From Sodaliphilus sp. (GTDB taxonomy: Bacteria; Fibrobacterota; Fibrobacteria; Fibrobacterales; Fibrobacteraceae): DNA of 64,000 nucleotides. The stretch covers positions 371 to 64,370 of the forward strand of contig CAVKYI010000009.1 in assembly GCA_963660435.1 (NCBI GenBank). The letters run 5' to 3'. The notes under the pieces are model-generated. The model ran no database searches and was not told the DNA's origin. It was given only the letters and a program-made list of their open reading frames with translations. A program made the position numbers and the translations under genes. Shown here one piece after another: positions 18,870-27,975 of this stretch (its first letter is position 1; each line of letters starts with the position of its first letter).

Positions 18870-21302
18870 TTAGCGTTTTTTGGCGCGGCGTTCGAAGTTC
18901 AGCCAGTCGAACATGGGAAGCAGCGCACGATTCTGCGGATTTTCCGCGTCCGCGAGATATTTCCGGTATGCGGCAAACGCCTGGTTTTCGAGCGATGTTT
19001 TGTCGATGTTCAGCTGCATCCAACCCGCCATCGAGATGAGGCCCGTAATGTGCGAAATCACGTTTTCATCGTATTCGGCGGAAGCCTTTTCGATAAGCTC
19101 GGAAAGTTTTCGGTAAAACATTCGGCCCGTGCCGCCGAACGAGAAGCTCGTCTGAAGTTCGACCGCTTCGTCGATTAACTTGTGCGTATCGTCCAGGAGT
19201 TTCGGGTCATGCGCTTTCAGATATTGCAGAGCCATCTCGTGAATCTTCGCGTTGATTTCGAGGCTCAGGACCTTGCGCATCGTATCGGTCAGCGTATGGT
19301 CGGAATCGGCGAGCGAATCGATGGAGAGGCCGTGGGAAAGCGCAAAGCCGTCGAAAGCGTGGGTGACTTCTTCCAAGCGGGACTTCGTCAAAAGCTGATT
19401 GACGTGACGGAGAGAATCGCTCATCAGATGCCGCAAGCGGATGACGTAGGCGGTCGGGAAAAGTTCCTTCAGCTTGTCGAACGAGAGGTTCGAATCGTTC
19501 ACGAACGGGAGGCTCTTTTCGTCGAACCCGCCGAACGTGGCAACGGTAACGCGTCCCATGTTGTCCGTCAGGACAAGAATCGTCGCCTCCGTTCTCTCGT
19601 CGATATCCGCGTCGTCAAATATCGCATGGACAACGGTCTCCCGCTTTCTCGATCCGACGATTTTCGCTTCGATCCGCGAATCGAGCGTCGAAGGATCCTC
19701 GTAGCGATCGAGTCCCATGTGCAGGACAACGGCCCGTTCCGCAAGCAGCTTGAGGGCGACGGGCATTTCGGGCACCGCATAGCGGACAAAGACCTCGGCG
19801 CCGTTCCAGTGGTGTTCATTGGAAGTCGCCCGTCCGAGTATGCTCATGAACTGGTCGCGCAGCGGATGGTAATCGGGCAGGAACGGTTTGAAAAGTTCCA
19901 TGGCGCGTTCCGCGTAGCGCATGTTCTGCACCGGTTCAAGTCCCTCGATATCGTTGAAAAACCAACCGCAGCTCGTAAACGAGAACAGGCAGAACTTCTG
20001 GATTTCGAGCAGTCGAATGGCACTTGTCCGTTGCTTTCCATCTTCCGGATTCTTGAGAATTTCGGTGAGGAACTTTTCCTTGCGAGCTGTTTCCTCGGGC
20101 TTCACCAGAACATCGATGTAGCGGTTTCGCGCCTCCCACGGATCGACTTTGGAAATCTTTTCGAATTCACGCAGATAGACTTCGTCCGCAAATTTCTTGA
20201 GGAAATTCATCGCGTCGCGAAGCGGTGTTCTCCATTTCTGGTTCCAGCCCGGGCCGCCGCCCGTCGAACATCCGCAATCCCGATACCAGCGTCCGACCCC
20301 ATGGGCGCAGCTCCAGGCGCATCCTTCGGAATAGACATTCTTGAGCTTTACTTCGAAGCGTGGCGGAAAATGTTCGCGAAACCAGCCGAAGTTCACCGGG
20401 ACCATTTCATGCTCCGGAGCGTAGCGGTTAAAGAGCCAGGCCGCGCACATGTCGCCAAAAGGTTCGTGATGTCCGTAGGATTCTCCGTCCGTCCCGATGC
20501 TCACCAGCTGGGCGTCTTCGCGGTTCGGGTCAAAGGCATCCTGGATTCGCTTGCCAAAGACGTTCGCGTCGCGCAAAAGATGTTCAAACCCGACAGCGCT
20601 CGAAAGCCACGGATTGTAGAAGAAAACATCCAGGTAACCGTCGCAAATTTTATTGCCCTCGGCATCGACCGGAAAAATCCGATAGGGACGCGTCGTATCG
20701 ACGTCCGTGTTTTCGCACGGTTTCCAGTCTCCGCCGGCAAGCGGACGAAAGCTTTCGGCCTGGGTTGGCGAAAGAATCGTGAACTGGATTCCTTCGCGGA
20801 TCAAATCGACGACAACATCCATGTTGATAGCGGTTTCGGCGAGCCACATCGCCTCCGGCTTTCTCCCGAAATGCGTTTCGAAGTCGCGGATTCCCCAGCG
20901 AATCTGCGTTATCCTGTCTTCTTTCGACGCGAGCGGCATGATGATATGGTTATACACCTGCGCGATGGCGTTTCCGTGCCCGAGACGTTCGACGCTCTTC
21001 GCATCGGCTTCTTGAATCCGACGGTAGGTTTCCGGAAGATGTGTCCGAATCCAGCCGATAAGGGTCGGGCCGAAATTGAAGCTCATGTATTCGTAATTGT
21101 TCACGATGTCCTGAATCCGCCCGGAACCAGAAAGAATCCGGCTTGCGGCATTCGGGCTGTAGCACTGCGCAGCGATCCGGTCGTTCCAATCGTGGAACGG
21201 AGAAGCGCTCGGCTGGTTTTCGATTTCGCCGGTCCAGGGATTTTCACGCGGGGGCTGGTAGAAGTGTCCGTGAATTGTGAAGTATAGCGGTTGTTTTGTC
21301 AT
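18870..21302 (-). CDS. glycoside hydrolase family 57 protein with a long C-terminal (DUF3536-like) extension
   Basis: N-terminus LYFTIHGHFYQPPRENPWTGE...DWNDRIAAQCY is typical of GH57. 810 aa. Confidence 0.8.
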   Translation of the reverse strand: MTKQPLYFTIHGHFYQPPRENPWTGEIENQPSASPFHDWNDRIAAQCYSPNAASRILSGSGRIQDIVNNYEYMSFNFGPTLIGWIRTHLPETYRRIQEADAKSVERLGHGNAIAQVYNHIIMPLASKEDRITQIRWGIRDFETHFGRKPEAMWLAETAINMDVVVDLIREGIQFTILSPTQAESFRPLAGGDWKPCENTDVDTTRPYRIFPVDAEGNKICDGYLDVFFYNPWLSSAVGFEHLLRDANVFGKRIQDAFDPNREDAQLVSIGTDGESYGHHEPFGDMCAAWLFNRYAPEHEMVPVNFGWFREHFPPRFEVKLKNVYSEGCAWSCAHGVGRWYRDCGCSTGGGPGWNQKWRTPLRDAMNFLKKFADEVYLREFEKISKVDPWEARNRYIDVLVKPEETARKEKFLTEILKNPEDGKQRTSAIRLLEIQKFCLFSFTSCGWFFNDIEGLEPVQNMRYAERAMELFKPFLPDYHPLRDQFMSILGRATSNEHHWNGAEVFVRYAVPEMPVALKLLAERAVVLHMGLDRYEDPSTLDSRIEAKIVGSRKRETVVHAIFDDADIDERTEATILVLTDNMGRVTVATFGGFDEKSLPFVNDSNLSFDKLKELFPTAYVIRLRHLMSDSLRHVNQLLTKSRLEEVTHAFDGFALSHGLSIDSLADSDHTLTDTMRKVLSLEINAKIHEMALQYLKAHDPKLLDDTHKLIDEAVELQTSFSFGGTGRMFYRKLSELIEKASAEYDENVISHITGLISMAGWMQLNIDKTSLENQAFAAYRKYLADAENPQNRALLPMFDWLNFERRAKKR

Positions 21303-21325
21303 TTGATTACCGTTAATTTGTACGC

Positions 21326-22375
21326 TCAGAGAATCAGCATCCCATCACCATAGCTGAACAGGTGAAGTCCGTGCTCCACCGCATAGCGATAGGCGCAGAG
21401 CGTGTTCTCGCGACCGTAAAAAGCAGCGACCAGTAAAATCAGGGAGCTTTTCGGCCAGTGAAAGTTGGTGAGAAGACCGTCGGCGATTTTGTAGCGGTAT
21501 CCCGGGTAGAAGAAAGCGTGCGTGGTTCCCGTCTGCGGGACAAGCGTTCCGTCGTCTTTCGCGATGGTCTCGATGACGCGTGTGCTGGTCGTGCCGATGG
21601 GAACGATGCGCCCGCCCGACTTTTTCGCTGCGTTGATGATTTCCGCGTTTTCCTCCGTGAGTTCGTAATGTTCCCCGTGCATCTTGTGTAGGCGAAAATC
21701 CTCCTCGGAGATGTTCTGGAACGTTCCCGGTCCGACGTGCAGCGTGACTTCGGCAACTTTTACGCCTTTCGCCTTCAGGTCCGCCATCATCTGTTCGTTG
21801 AAGTGGAGACTTGCCGTCGGAGCCGCAACCGCGCCCGAATACTTGGCGAAAATCGTCTGGTAGGCGATTTTGTCTTCTTCATCGTCGGGCCTATCGATAT
21901 AAGGCGGAAGCGGAACGTGCCCCTGCCGGTTCATCACGGATTCCAGTTCTACGGGGCTAACATCAAACCGCAAGATTCTCGCGCCATCCGGATTAATTTG
22001 TTCGACCGTCGTTCTGATTCCGGCGATTTCCAGTTCGCGTCCCACCCGAAACGCCTTGCCGGGACGCACCCAGGATTCCCACCGGGCCTTTCCCGAAGCA
22101 TCCGGAAAAAGCGTCTGCACCAGGAGAATTTCCACTTCGCCGCCGTGTTCCGTCCGCCCGAAAAGCCGCGCAGGAATCACCTTCGTATTGTTCACGACGA
22201 TGCAGTCGCCGGGCCGAAAATACTCGACGATTCTCGGAGCGGGAACGATTTCTAGCGAGCCGTTTCCATCCTTGGGACAGTGCAGAATTTTTGTCTTGCC
22301 CTTGCCCGGGGAACGCGTCGCGATCAATTCCTTTGGGAACTCGAACGCGTAATCGGAAAGATGACTTGAAATCAT
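21326..22375 (-). CDS. queA: S-adenosylmethionine:tRNA ribosyltransferase-isomerase
   Basis: LSDYAFEFPKELIA, VVNNTKVIPARLFG, VPLPPYI, VAAPTASLHF, TLHVGPGTF. Start at ATG 22375 overlaps the upstream stop (ATGA). The track start at 22471 is an N-terminal extension. Confidence 0.9.
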   Translation of the reverse strand: MISSHLSDYAFEFPKELIATRSPGKGKTKILHCPKDGNGSLEIVPAPRIVEYFRPGDCIVVNNTKVIPARLFGRTEHGGEVEILLVQTLFPDASGKARWESWVRPGKAFRVGRELEIAGIRTTVEQINPDGARILRFDVSPVELESVMNRQGHVPLPPYIDRPDDEEDKIAYQTIFAKYSGAVAAPTASLHFNEQMMADLKAKGVKVAEVTLHVGPGTFQNISEEDFRLHKMHGEHYELTEENAEIINAAKKSGGRIVPIGTTSTRVIETIAKDDGTLVPQTGTTHAFFYPGYRYKIADGLLTNFHWPKSSLILLVAAFYGRENTLCAYRYAVEHGLHLFSYGDGMLIL

Positions 22376-23340
22376 AGCGCCTTGACCGATTCCTTCAGCT
22401 TTTTCCGCAGGTTCGCCTTCAGCGGTTCCGGTTCGAGGATCTTCACGTCGGGAAGAACGCTTAGAAGCCAACCTTCCAGATCGGGCGTATCGTAGATGGA
22501 AAGTTCTACCGTCATCGGTTCCTGTTTCCTGATTTTTACCGGAGGATTAAAATGCGCTTCGCGGAACTGCGCAGCGAGCCACGACGACTTGATTTCCATC
22601 ACGAGCCGAATCTTTTCGAACGCGGCGCCGCTGAACTTTCCAAAACAGTTCCGAAAAAGATTCCTGTAGTCGAAATCGACGGGAGGAAAGAACCCGCCTG
22701 TCCGGCGGAAATTCCGGATTCGGCGCACGGCAAAGAACTTGACAACACCATCCGACAGGGCGATGAGATAGAGCGTGTCGATTCGCAAGACGAGCTTTAA
22801 CGGGCAGACTTCGAGCCTTTCTTCCTGCGCCAGATCCTTAGCCGGAACATACGTGATGAAAAGCTTCGCCCGAGACTTGATCGCTTCGAGCATCTTGTCG
22901 ATTTCCGCTTCGCGGAAGCTCAGGTTTTCGCTGTATTCCGAAAACGGTCCCAGATCGACGATGAAATCGTTATCGACGCTGACCGCATGGCTCATCGTTT
23001 CGGAATCCGCATTTTCGTCTCCGCAGAGATATTCGATAGCCTTCTTGACGTTCTTGCCGTGAGCGGTCGTTCCGACGCTATCGAGAACCTTTTGGGCCGA
23101 CTTGAGCCCACGGATAATCGCTTCGGGTCGCTTTGCCGACGACGCCTGGATAAAGAACTTCTTCGTTTTCTTTTCCTGTTTCAGCCCGCAATTTTCCGAT
23201 TCCAGCGTTTCGATATAGCGATAGATCGTACGCTGGTCGCGCCCCATGTAGTCCGCTAGTTCCCGAAGCGTTGCCGGCTTGTTGGGCGGACTCAGTCGCA
23301 TTTTCAGCTGGGTCAGTTTTTCATACGTTGATTTCGACAT
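22372..23340 (-). CDS. HTH + WYL-domain transcriptional regulator
   Basis: N-terminal HTH (ATLRELADYMGRDQRTIYRYIETLE). Central WYL-like beta domain (RLEVCPLKLVLRIDTLYLIALSDGVVKFFAVRRIRNF). GGAAGGAG RBS before ATG 23340. Confidence 0.7.
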   Translation of the reverse strand: MSKSTYEKLTQLKMRLSPPNKPATLRELADYMGRDQRTIYRYIETLESENCGLKQEKKTKKFFIQASSAKRPEAIIRGLKSAQKVLDSVGTTAHGKNVKKAIEYLCGDENADSETMSHAVSVDNDFIVDLGPFSEYSENLSFREAEIDKMLEAIKSRAKLFITYVPAKDLAQEERLEVCPLKLVLRIDTLYLIALSDGVVKFFAVRRIRNFRRTGGFFPPVDFDYRNLFRNCFGKFSGAAFEKIRLVMEIKSSWLAAQFREAHFNPPVKIRKQEPMTVELSIYDTPDLEGWLLSVLPDVKILEPEPLKANLRKKLKESVKAL

Positions 23341-23354
23341 TCCAGTCTCCTTCC

Positions 23355-24602
23355 TTATCCATTTTCCATGCAAAGATGGATCGGAACATCCATCCCTTTC
23401 GTCGCACGGTCAACGATTCTGTTCAACACTTTCTTTTGAATGATACCCAAAGGTTCGCATTTCACGACAATCTCGTCAGCCAGGGGAATTACGCGCAAGC
23501 GACATTTCGCAAGATAGCTACTCGAGCGCAGCGCAAGAGAAAGCCTTTCCGCCTGTTCCGTCACATAGGGAGACGGACGCGAAACAGCTTTTAGTTCAAA
23601 CGTCAGATTGCGGAGACCGGGAACGTCTCCGAGGCGTTCCTTGGCTTTCGAAAGATCGCTTTCCGCAAAATAAAAGGCCCTAACCGTCGCCTTTCCGTTT
23701 CTGACTTCGATTTCGTCATTGAAAAGCGGGGAATCCTTTTCGCCTACGACCTCGGCGATCCGACCGCGAATATCCTCGTCCGTCACGGGTGTCGCGGGTT
23801 CCACACGGACAAGATCGATTACGCCACGAAAATTTCGCATGCGCCGCACGGATTCCAGAATGTTCTTTCTGTCGGGAAAGCGTTCCACCGTCCCATGGAC
23901 ATAGGCGACCGCATGGACAACGTCCCATTTCAAAAGACCGGGAAGTACCGAGAACCGTTCCGAGATACATTCGGAAAGGCGTTCCCTCAAAAGAGAATCC
24001 GGCACGAGCTGCTTTTCTTGCGGAAGCGTGATGAACAGGACCTTTCCGTTTTCCAGCTGCACCACGAGCTTTTCTTCGCCCCGATCCGCCACAGACCCGA
24101 CGACCACGCCGAACGCCTTTCGCAACACGTGATACACCGGATCGCCTAGAAGCGAGACTCCGCATTGCGCAGGCAGCAGCCGAAATCCCATCGGCGCCTT
24201 GTCGTCAAAACGCGTCATCGAAGGACGGACAAACCTTTCGAGACGGTTGCCGCCAAAGTCCAGATCGATAACTTCTTCCGTCTGTGTCTTGTAGAGAGCC
24301 TTTACACGCCCCGGAGACTCCTTGCCGTCGATATAGACCCAATCGTTCAGAGCGATTCTGTTCTTGCCGAGCAGCTTGGCATATTCGGAACCATCCTCCG
24401 GACGTCCGAAATACATTTCGTGAGAAAAGGCGAGAAAGAACGCGCCGCATACCGAGCATCGACAGACAAGGGGAATGCCCGGACGCACCGCGCAATGAAC
24501 CGAAAAAGTCTCCTTCGCGAGGACATCGTGTCGCGTAATCGCTCGACACTCCTTGCAATAGAGAGTTCTGTCCAAAATCTTGTGCGTCCAGGTCTTGAGC
24601 AT
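23355..24602 (-). CDS. hypothetical zinc-ribbon protein with BON-like repeats
   Basis: N-terminal CxxC...CxxC (CKECRAI...CRCSVCG). C-terminal half has three repeats resembling BON domains (VAYVHGTVERFPDRKNILESVRRMRNFRGVIDLVRV etc.). Confidence 0.55.
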   Translation of the reverse strand: MLKTWTHKILDRTLYCKECRAITRHDVLAKETFSVHCAVRPGIPLVCRCSVCGAFFLAFSHEMYFGRPEDGSEYAKLLGKNRIALNDWVYIDGKESPGRVKALYKTQTEEVIDLDFGGNRLERFVRPSMTRFDDKAPMGFRLLPAQCGVSLLGDPVYHVLRKAFGVVVGSVADRGEEKLVVQLENGKVLFITLPQEKQLVPDSLLRERLSECISERFSVLPGLLKWDVVHAVAYVHGTVERFPDRKNILESVRRMRNFRGVIDLVRVEPATPVTDEDIRGRIAEVVGEKDSPLFNDEIEVRNGKATVRAFYFAESDLSKAKERLGDVPGLRNLTFELKAVSRPSPYVTEQAERLSLALRSSSYLAKCRLRVIPLADEIVVKCEPLGIIQKKVLNRIVDRATKGMDVPIHLCMENG

Positions 24603-24603
24603 C

Positions 24604-26073
24604 TTAGGCTTGCATCAGAGGTTCCGCAACGTCTATCCGGCGAAGCGTCTCGTCCTTTCCGACGACTTCGAAAAGTTCCCACAGGCCGGGACCTGCCGTC
24701 ACTCCGGAAACAGCGAGACGGACCGCGCCGACCAAGTCGCCGAGCTTGCATCCGCGGCTTTCCGCCAAGGCAAGGAAGCCTTTTTCTATTTCCGCGGTCT
24801 TGAATGGTTCCACGGAGGCAAGCATTTCGCGAACAGCGTGCGCGACCGCACGGCTTCCGGGTCCCCACTGCTTGCGCATACCCTTTTCGTCATAAGACGT
24901 CGGCGCCTTGAAAAAGTACAAGGACATTTCCGCGAGATCCTTCAGGAAATGCGCACGGGGCTTCAAGAGTTCGACGATTGCGTTCAGACGTTCCGACGAT
25001 TCGTTTTCGACCGAAACGCCCAATTTTTCAAGGCCGCCTTTCATCTCGGCGAGAAGCGTTTCGTTCGGTGTCGTGTGGATGTGCTGCATGTTCATCCACT
25101 GCAATTTTTTCGTGTCGAACTTTACCGCTGTCGGGTGGATGTTTTCCAGTCTGAACGCGCCGATCATTTCTTCAAGAGTCATCACTTCGCGGTCGTCGCC
25201 AGGATTCCAGCCCAAAAGCGCGAGATAGTTCACGAGGGTTTCCGGCAAGTATCCCAGTTCGCGGAATTCCCCGACGGAAGCAGCTCCGTTGCGCTTCGAG
25301 AGCTTTCCACCATTTTTGGAATCGAGAATCACGGGCAGATGGCACCAGACGGGCGCTTCCCAGCCAAAAGCCTTGTAGAGCAACACATGCTTCGGAGTCG
25401 AACTGATCCATTCGTCTCCGCGCAAGACGTGGGTAGTCCCCATCAGATGGTCATCGACGACGCTCGCAAAATGATAGGTCGGATAGCCGTCGCGCTTGAT
25501 AAGGACCAGATCGTCCAAAAGCTCGTTCCTGTATTCGATGTGTCCGCGGACCAGATCGTCAAAACCCGTCACGCCGCTTTCCGGAATCTTGAAGCGAATA
25601 ACGGCCTTTTCTCCGGCGGCAATCCGGCGTTCCGCCTCTTCGCGCGGAATGTTTCGACAGTGTCGATCGTATCCCGTTTCCGCGACGCCCGCCTTCTTCT
25701 GTTCGACGCGAATTTCGTTCAGGCGTTCCTCGGAGCAGAAGCAGTAATAGGCAAGACCCGCATCCAGAAGCTTTTGAATTTCGCGGTGGTAGATATCTAG
25801 GCGTTCACTCTGGAAATACGGTCCGCAGTCGCCCTCGTTTCCGGGACCTTCGTCCCAGTTCAAGCCCAGCCATTTCAGGTCGCGCATCAGATCCTTGAGC
25901 GCATCCTCGTTGTAACGCTTGCGGTCGGTATCCTCGATTCGCAGATAAAAAGTTCCGCCTGTCGCCTTGGCAAAAAAGTAGTTGTAAATCGCGGTACGCG
26001 CTCCGCCGACATGCAAATAGCCGGTGGGACTCGGAGCAAAGCGGACACGGACCTTGCGTGTAGAATCAGACAT
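24604..26073 (-). CDS. gltX: glutamate--tRNA ligase
   Basis: VRVRFAPSPTGYLHVGGARTAIYNYFFAK (HIGH-class motif) and KLSKRNG (KMSKS-like). 489 aa. Confidence 0.95.
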   Translation of the reverse strand: MSDSTRKVRVRFAPSPTGYLHVGGARTAIYNYFFAKATGGTFYLRIEDTDRKRYNEDALKDLMRDLKWLGLNWDEGPGNEGDCGPYFQSERLDIYHREIQKLLDAGLAYYCFCSEERLNEIRVEQKKAGVAETGYDRHCRNIPREEAERRIAAGEKAVIRFKIPESGVTGFDDLVRGHIEYRNELLDDLVLIKRDGYPTYHFASVVDDHLMGTTHVLRGDEWISSTPKHVLLYKAFGWEAPVWCHLPVILDSKNGGKLSKRNGAASVGEFRELGYLPETLVNYLALLGWNPGDDREVMTLEEMIGAFRLENIHPTAVKFDTKKLQWMNMQHIHTTPNETLLAEMKGGLEKLGVSVENESSERLNAIVELLKPRAHFLKDLAEMSLYFFKAPTSYDEKGMRKQWGPGSRAVAHAVREMLASVEPFKTAEIEKGFLALAESRGCKLGDLVGAVRLAVSGVTAGPGLWELFEVVGKDETLRRIDVAEPLMQA

Positions 26074-26195
26074 GTAAAACCTCGGATAAAATTTTCTTTC
26101 AAATTCCAGGGTAAAAATAGATTTTCCACCATCACGAGACGAGAGACGTTTTTATTTGTATGTCAAAATTTGACAGGTTTTCGCCTGGCGGCGGA

Positions 26196-26830
26196 TAGGG
26201 CGCCAGTCTGCCGACAGGCAGGCCTTCCCGGTGTTCAGAGCTTAGTTAGGAGATCTTGGAACTTAGAAAAGCGAAGCGAGCTTCTTTCTCAACTTTTCTC
26301 ACTCCACTCTCCACACTTCACCCTTCACTCTCATCTAAGTTCTCAGTTCCAAGTTCTGACCATGGATCCTATCGGTCGCTGCGCTCCCTCCAGGATGACC
26401 GCTTGAAGAAAGGTTCGCTCAGATACAACTCTTCACACTCCACATTCCACACTCATCTACGATCTAAGCTCTCGGTTCTAAGCTCTGGCTATGGATCCTA
26501 TCGGTCGCTCTGCTCCCTCCAGGATGACGGTGTAACGCGACTTCCGTTCAACATAACGAACCTTTACCGCCTACCGTCATTCTGGAGAGGCGAAGCCTCG
26601 ACCCGCCTGCCGCGGGCAGGTAGAATCCAGCCTACTGTTCAGAGCTTAGTTCCGAGAGCTTGGAGCTTAGAGTCGCAAAGCGGTCCGCTTTACTTTTAAG
26701 CCTAGATGTATGCGATTCTAGAATCTAAGTTCTAAGCTCTAAGTTCTGACTTCCCTCCAGGATGACCGTTTATCGCGCAAGCCTTTACCGGTCCGCTAAA
26801 CGAACACTCCTCTCTCCACACTCAACTCGT
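26196..26830. repeat. mosaic of interspersed repeat modules, including a tandem duplication of about 129 nt
   Basis: Module gttcagagcttagttaggagatcttggaacttagaaaagcgaagcgagcttctttctcaac (26233-26293) is 57/61 identical to 37105-37165. atggatcctatcggtcgctNtgctccctccaggatgac occurs at 26362 and 26491. ctgccgacaggcag hairpin at 26208. Confidence 0.8.
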
Positions 26831-26877
26831 ACCGGGTTCCTTCTTTCAAAAAAAATCAAAAATTTTCGATTTTCCCC

Positions 26878-26921
26878 TTGACTTTTGTTTTGAATGATTA
26901 TAACTTTGTAATGATTACAAC
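26878..26921 (+). promoter_or_regulatory. putative rubrerythrin promoter with a Fur/PerR-type operator repeat
   Basis: TTGACT (26878-26883), TATAAC -10-like hexamer (26899-26904), and direct repeats AATGATTATAAC (26893-26904) and AATGATTACAAC (26910-26921), 17 nt apart. AAGGAGA RBS before ATG 26966. Confidence 0.45.
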
Positions 26922-26965
26922 TTACTTCAAGGATGTGGTCATCACTTTCAACAAGGAGACAAAAA

Positions 26966-27526
26966 ATGAAAGTATGGGTTTGTTCCGTTTGCGGCTATGT
27001 TTCGTTCGGAGAAGAACCTCCCGAGCACTGCCCCCAGTGCAAGGCTCCAAAGTCCAAGTTCAAGCTCAAGGAAGAGTCGCTGTCTAGCGAAACGCCTAAA
27101 TGGGCGGACGAGCACCGCATCGGCGTAGCGAACGGTCTCGATGCGGAAGTGCTTCAGGATCTTCGCGAAAACTTTACCGCCGAATGCACCGAAGTGGGCA
27201 TGTACCTCGCGATGAGTCGCCAAGCGGACCGCGAAGGATACCCGGAAGTCGCGGAAGCCTACAAGAGAATCGCTTTCGAAGAAGCGGAACATGCGGCAAA
27301 GTTCGCGGAGCTTCTCGGCGAAGTCGTCTATCCCGACACGAAGAAGAATCTCTCGCTCCGCGTCGCTGCCGAAGCGGGCGCTACCGAAGGCAAGCTCAAG
27401 CTGGCCGAACGCGCCAAGGCGCTTGGATACGACGCTATCCACGACACCGTGCACGAAATGTGCAAGGACGAAGCGCGGCACGGCAGCGCTTTCGCCGGAC
27501 TCCTCCGCAGATACTTCACCAAATAG
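26966..27526 (+). CDS. rbr: reverse rubrerythrin (N-terminal rubredoxin-like CxxC...CxxC plus ferritin-like diiron domain)
   Basis: [32 protein letters not shown] followed by ExxH diiron motifs ([20 protein letters not shown]). Confidence 0.85.
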   Translation: MKVWVCSVCGYVSFGEEPPEHCPQCKAPKSKFKLKEESLSSETPKWADEHRIGVANGLDAEVLQDLRENFTAECTEVGMYLAMSRQADREGYPEVAEAYKRIAFEEAEHAAKFAELLGEVVYPDTKKNLSLRVAAEAGATEGKLKLAERAKALGYDAIHDTVHEMCKDEARHGSAFAGLLRRYFTK

Positions 27527-27567
27527 TTAGAAAACCCGGGGCGAACAGCCCCATTCCTTTTTCCTTT

Positions 27568-27975
27568 ATGTCAACTTCCGAACTTCTCAAGAAAAGAAAC
27601 GTTCGTCCGTCCCTGCAGCGAATCCGCATTCTCGACTACCTGCTCGAAAGGAAGAACCATCCGACGGTAAACACCATCTACGACGATCTCTTGCCGCAGA
27701 TACCGACGCTTTCCCGCACGACCGTTTACAATACGCTCGAAGCCCTGTGCGACAGCGGACTGGTCATTCCGCTCGATGTCGGTGACGGCAGTATCCATTA
27801 CGATGCGGACACGACTCCCCATGCGCATTTCAAATGCGAAAGATGCGGAAGGATCTTCGATATTTTCTTGACACCGGAAGACTTCAGAAAGAGCGCCCCC
27901 GACGGTTTTTTCATCCAGCGATTGCAGCTTTACGCCTTTGGACTTTGCGCAAAATGCAAGAGAAATTCCCGGTGA
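27568..27975 (+). CDS. Fur-family transcriptional regulator (PerR-like)
   Basis: RPSLQRIRILDYLLERKNHPTVNTIYDDL...TTVYNTLEAL, HAHFKCERCGRIFD, C-terminal CAKC. 135 aa, directly downstream of rubrerythrin. Confidence 0.85.
   Translation: MSTSELLKKRNVRPSLQRIRILDYLLERKNHPTVNTIYDDLLPQIPTLSRTTVYNTLEALCDSGLVIPLDVGDGSIHYDADTTPHAHFKCERCGRIFDIFLTPEDFRKSAPDGFFIQRLQLYAFGLCAKCKRNSR

Noticed and set aside
19182-21287. 701-aa plus-strand ORF
   Set aside because: It lies exactly antisense to the GH57 gene. It is Arg-rich and featureless, while the GH57 frame has the conserved HGHFYQPPRE start.
26161-26175. Perfect 15-bp palindrome TGTCAAAATTTGACA upstream of gltX, giving TTGACA hexamers in both directions
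   Set aside because: No acceptable -10 element lies at 16-18 nt on either strand, and there is only a single occurrence in the window. It may be an operator, but I cannot support a call.
26256-26699. ORFs inside repeat regions (26256..26699, 26011..26406, 33840..34073, 33903..34283, 37289..37888, 37305..37493, 56366..56601)
   Set aside because: They run through hairpin and mosaic repeat modules that occur in both orientations. They have low-complexity P/G/R/S-rich translations. 37289..37888 also overlaps rpmB in another frame.
26869-26883. Exact 15-mer ATTTTCCCCTTGACT shared by the rubrerythrin promoter (26869) and the tRNA-Glu promoter (42304). Also a 16/17 match TTTCGGATGA(A/T)TTTTGA between 59225-59241 and 489-505.
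   Set aside because: A back-of-envelope estimate gives several exact 15-mer matches and tens of 17-mers with one mismatch by chance among all position pairs on both strands of 64 kb. They are not significant on their own. They would be worth revisiting only if a genome-wide promoter motif search recovers them.
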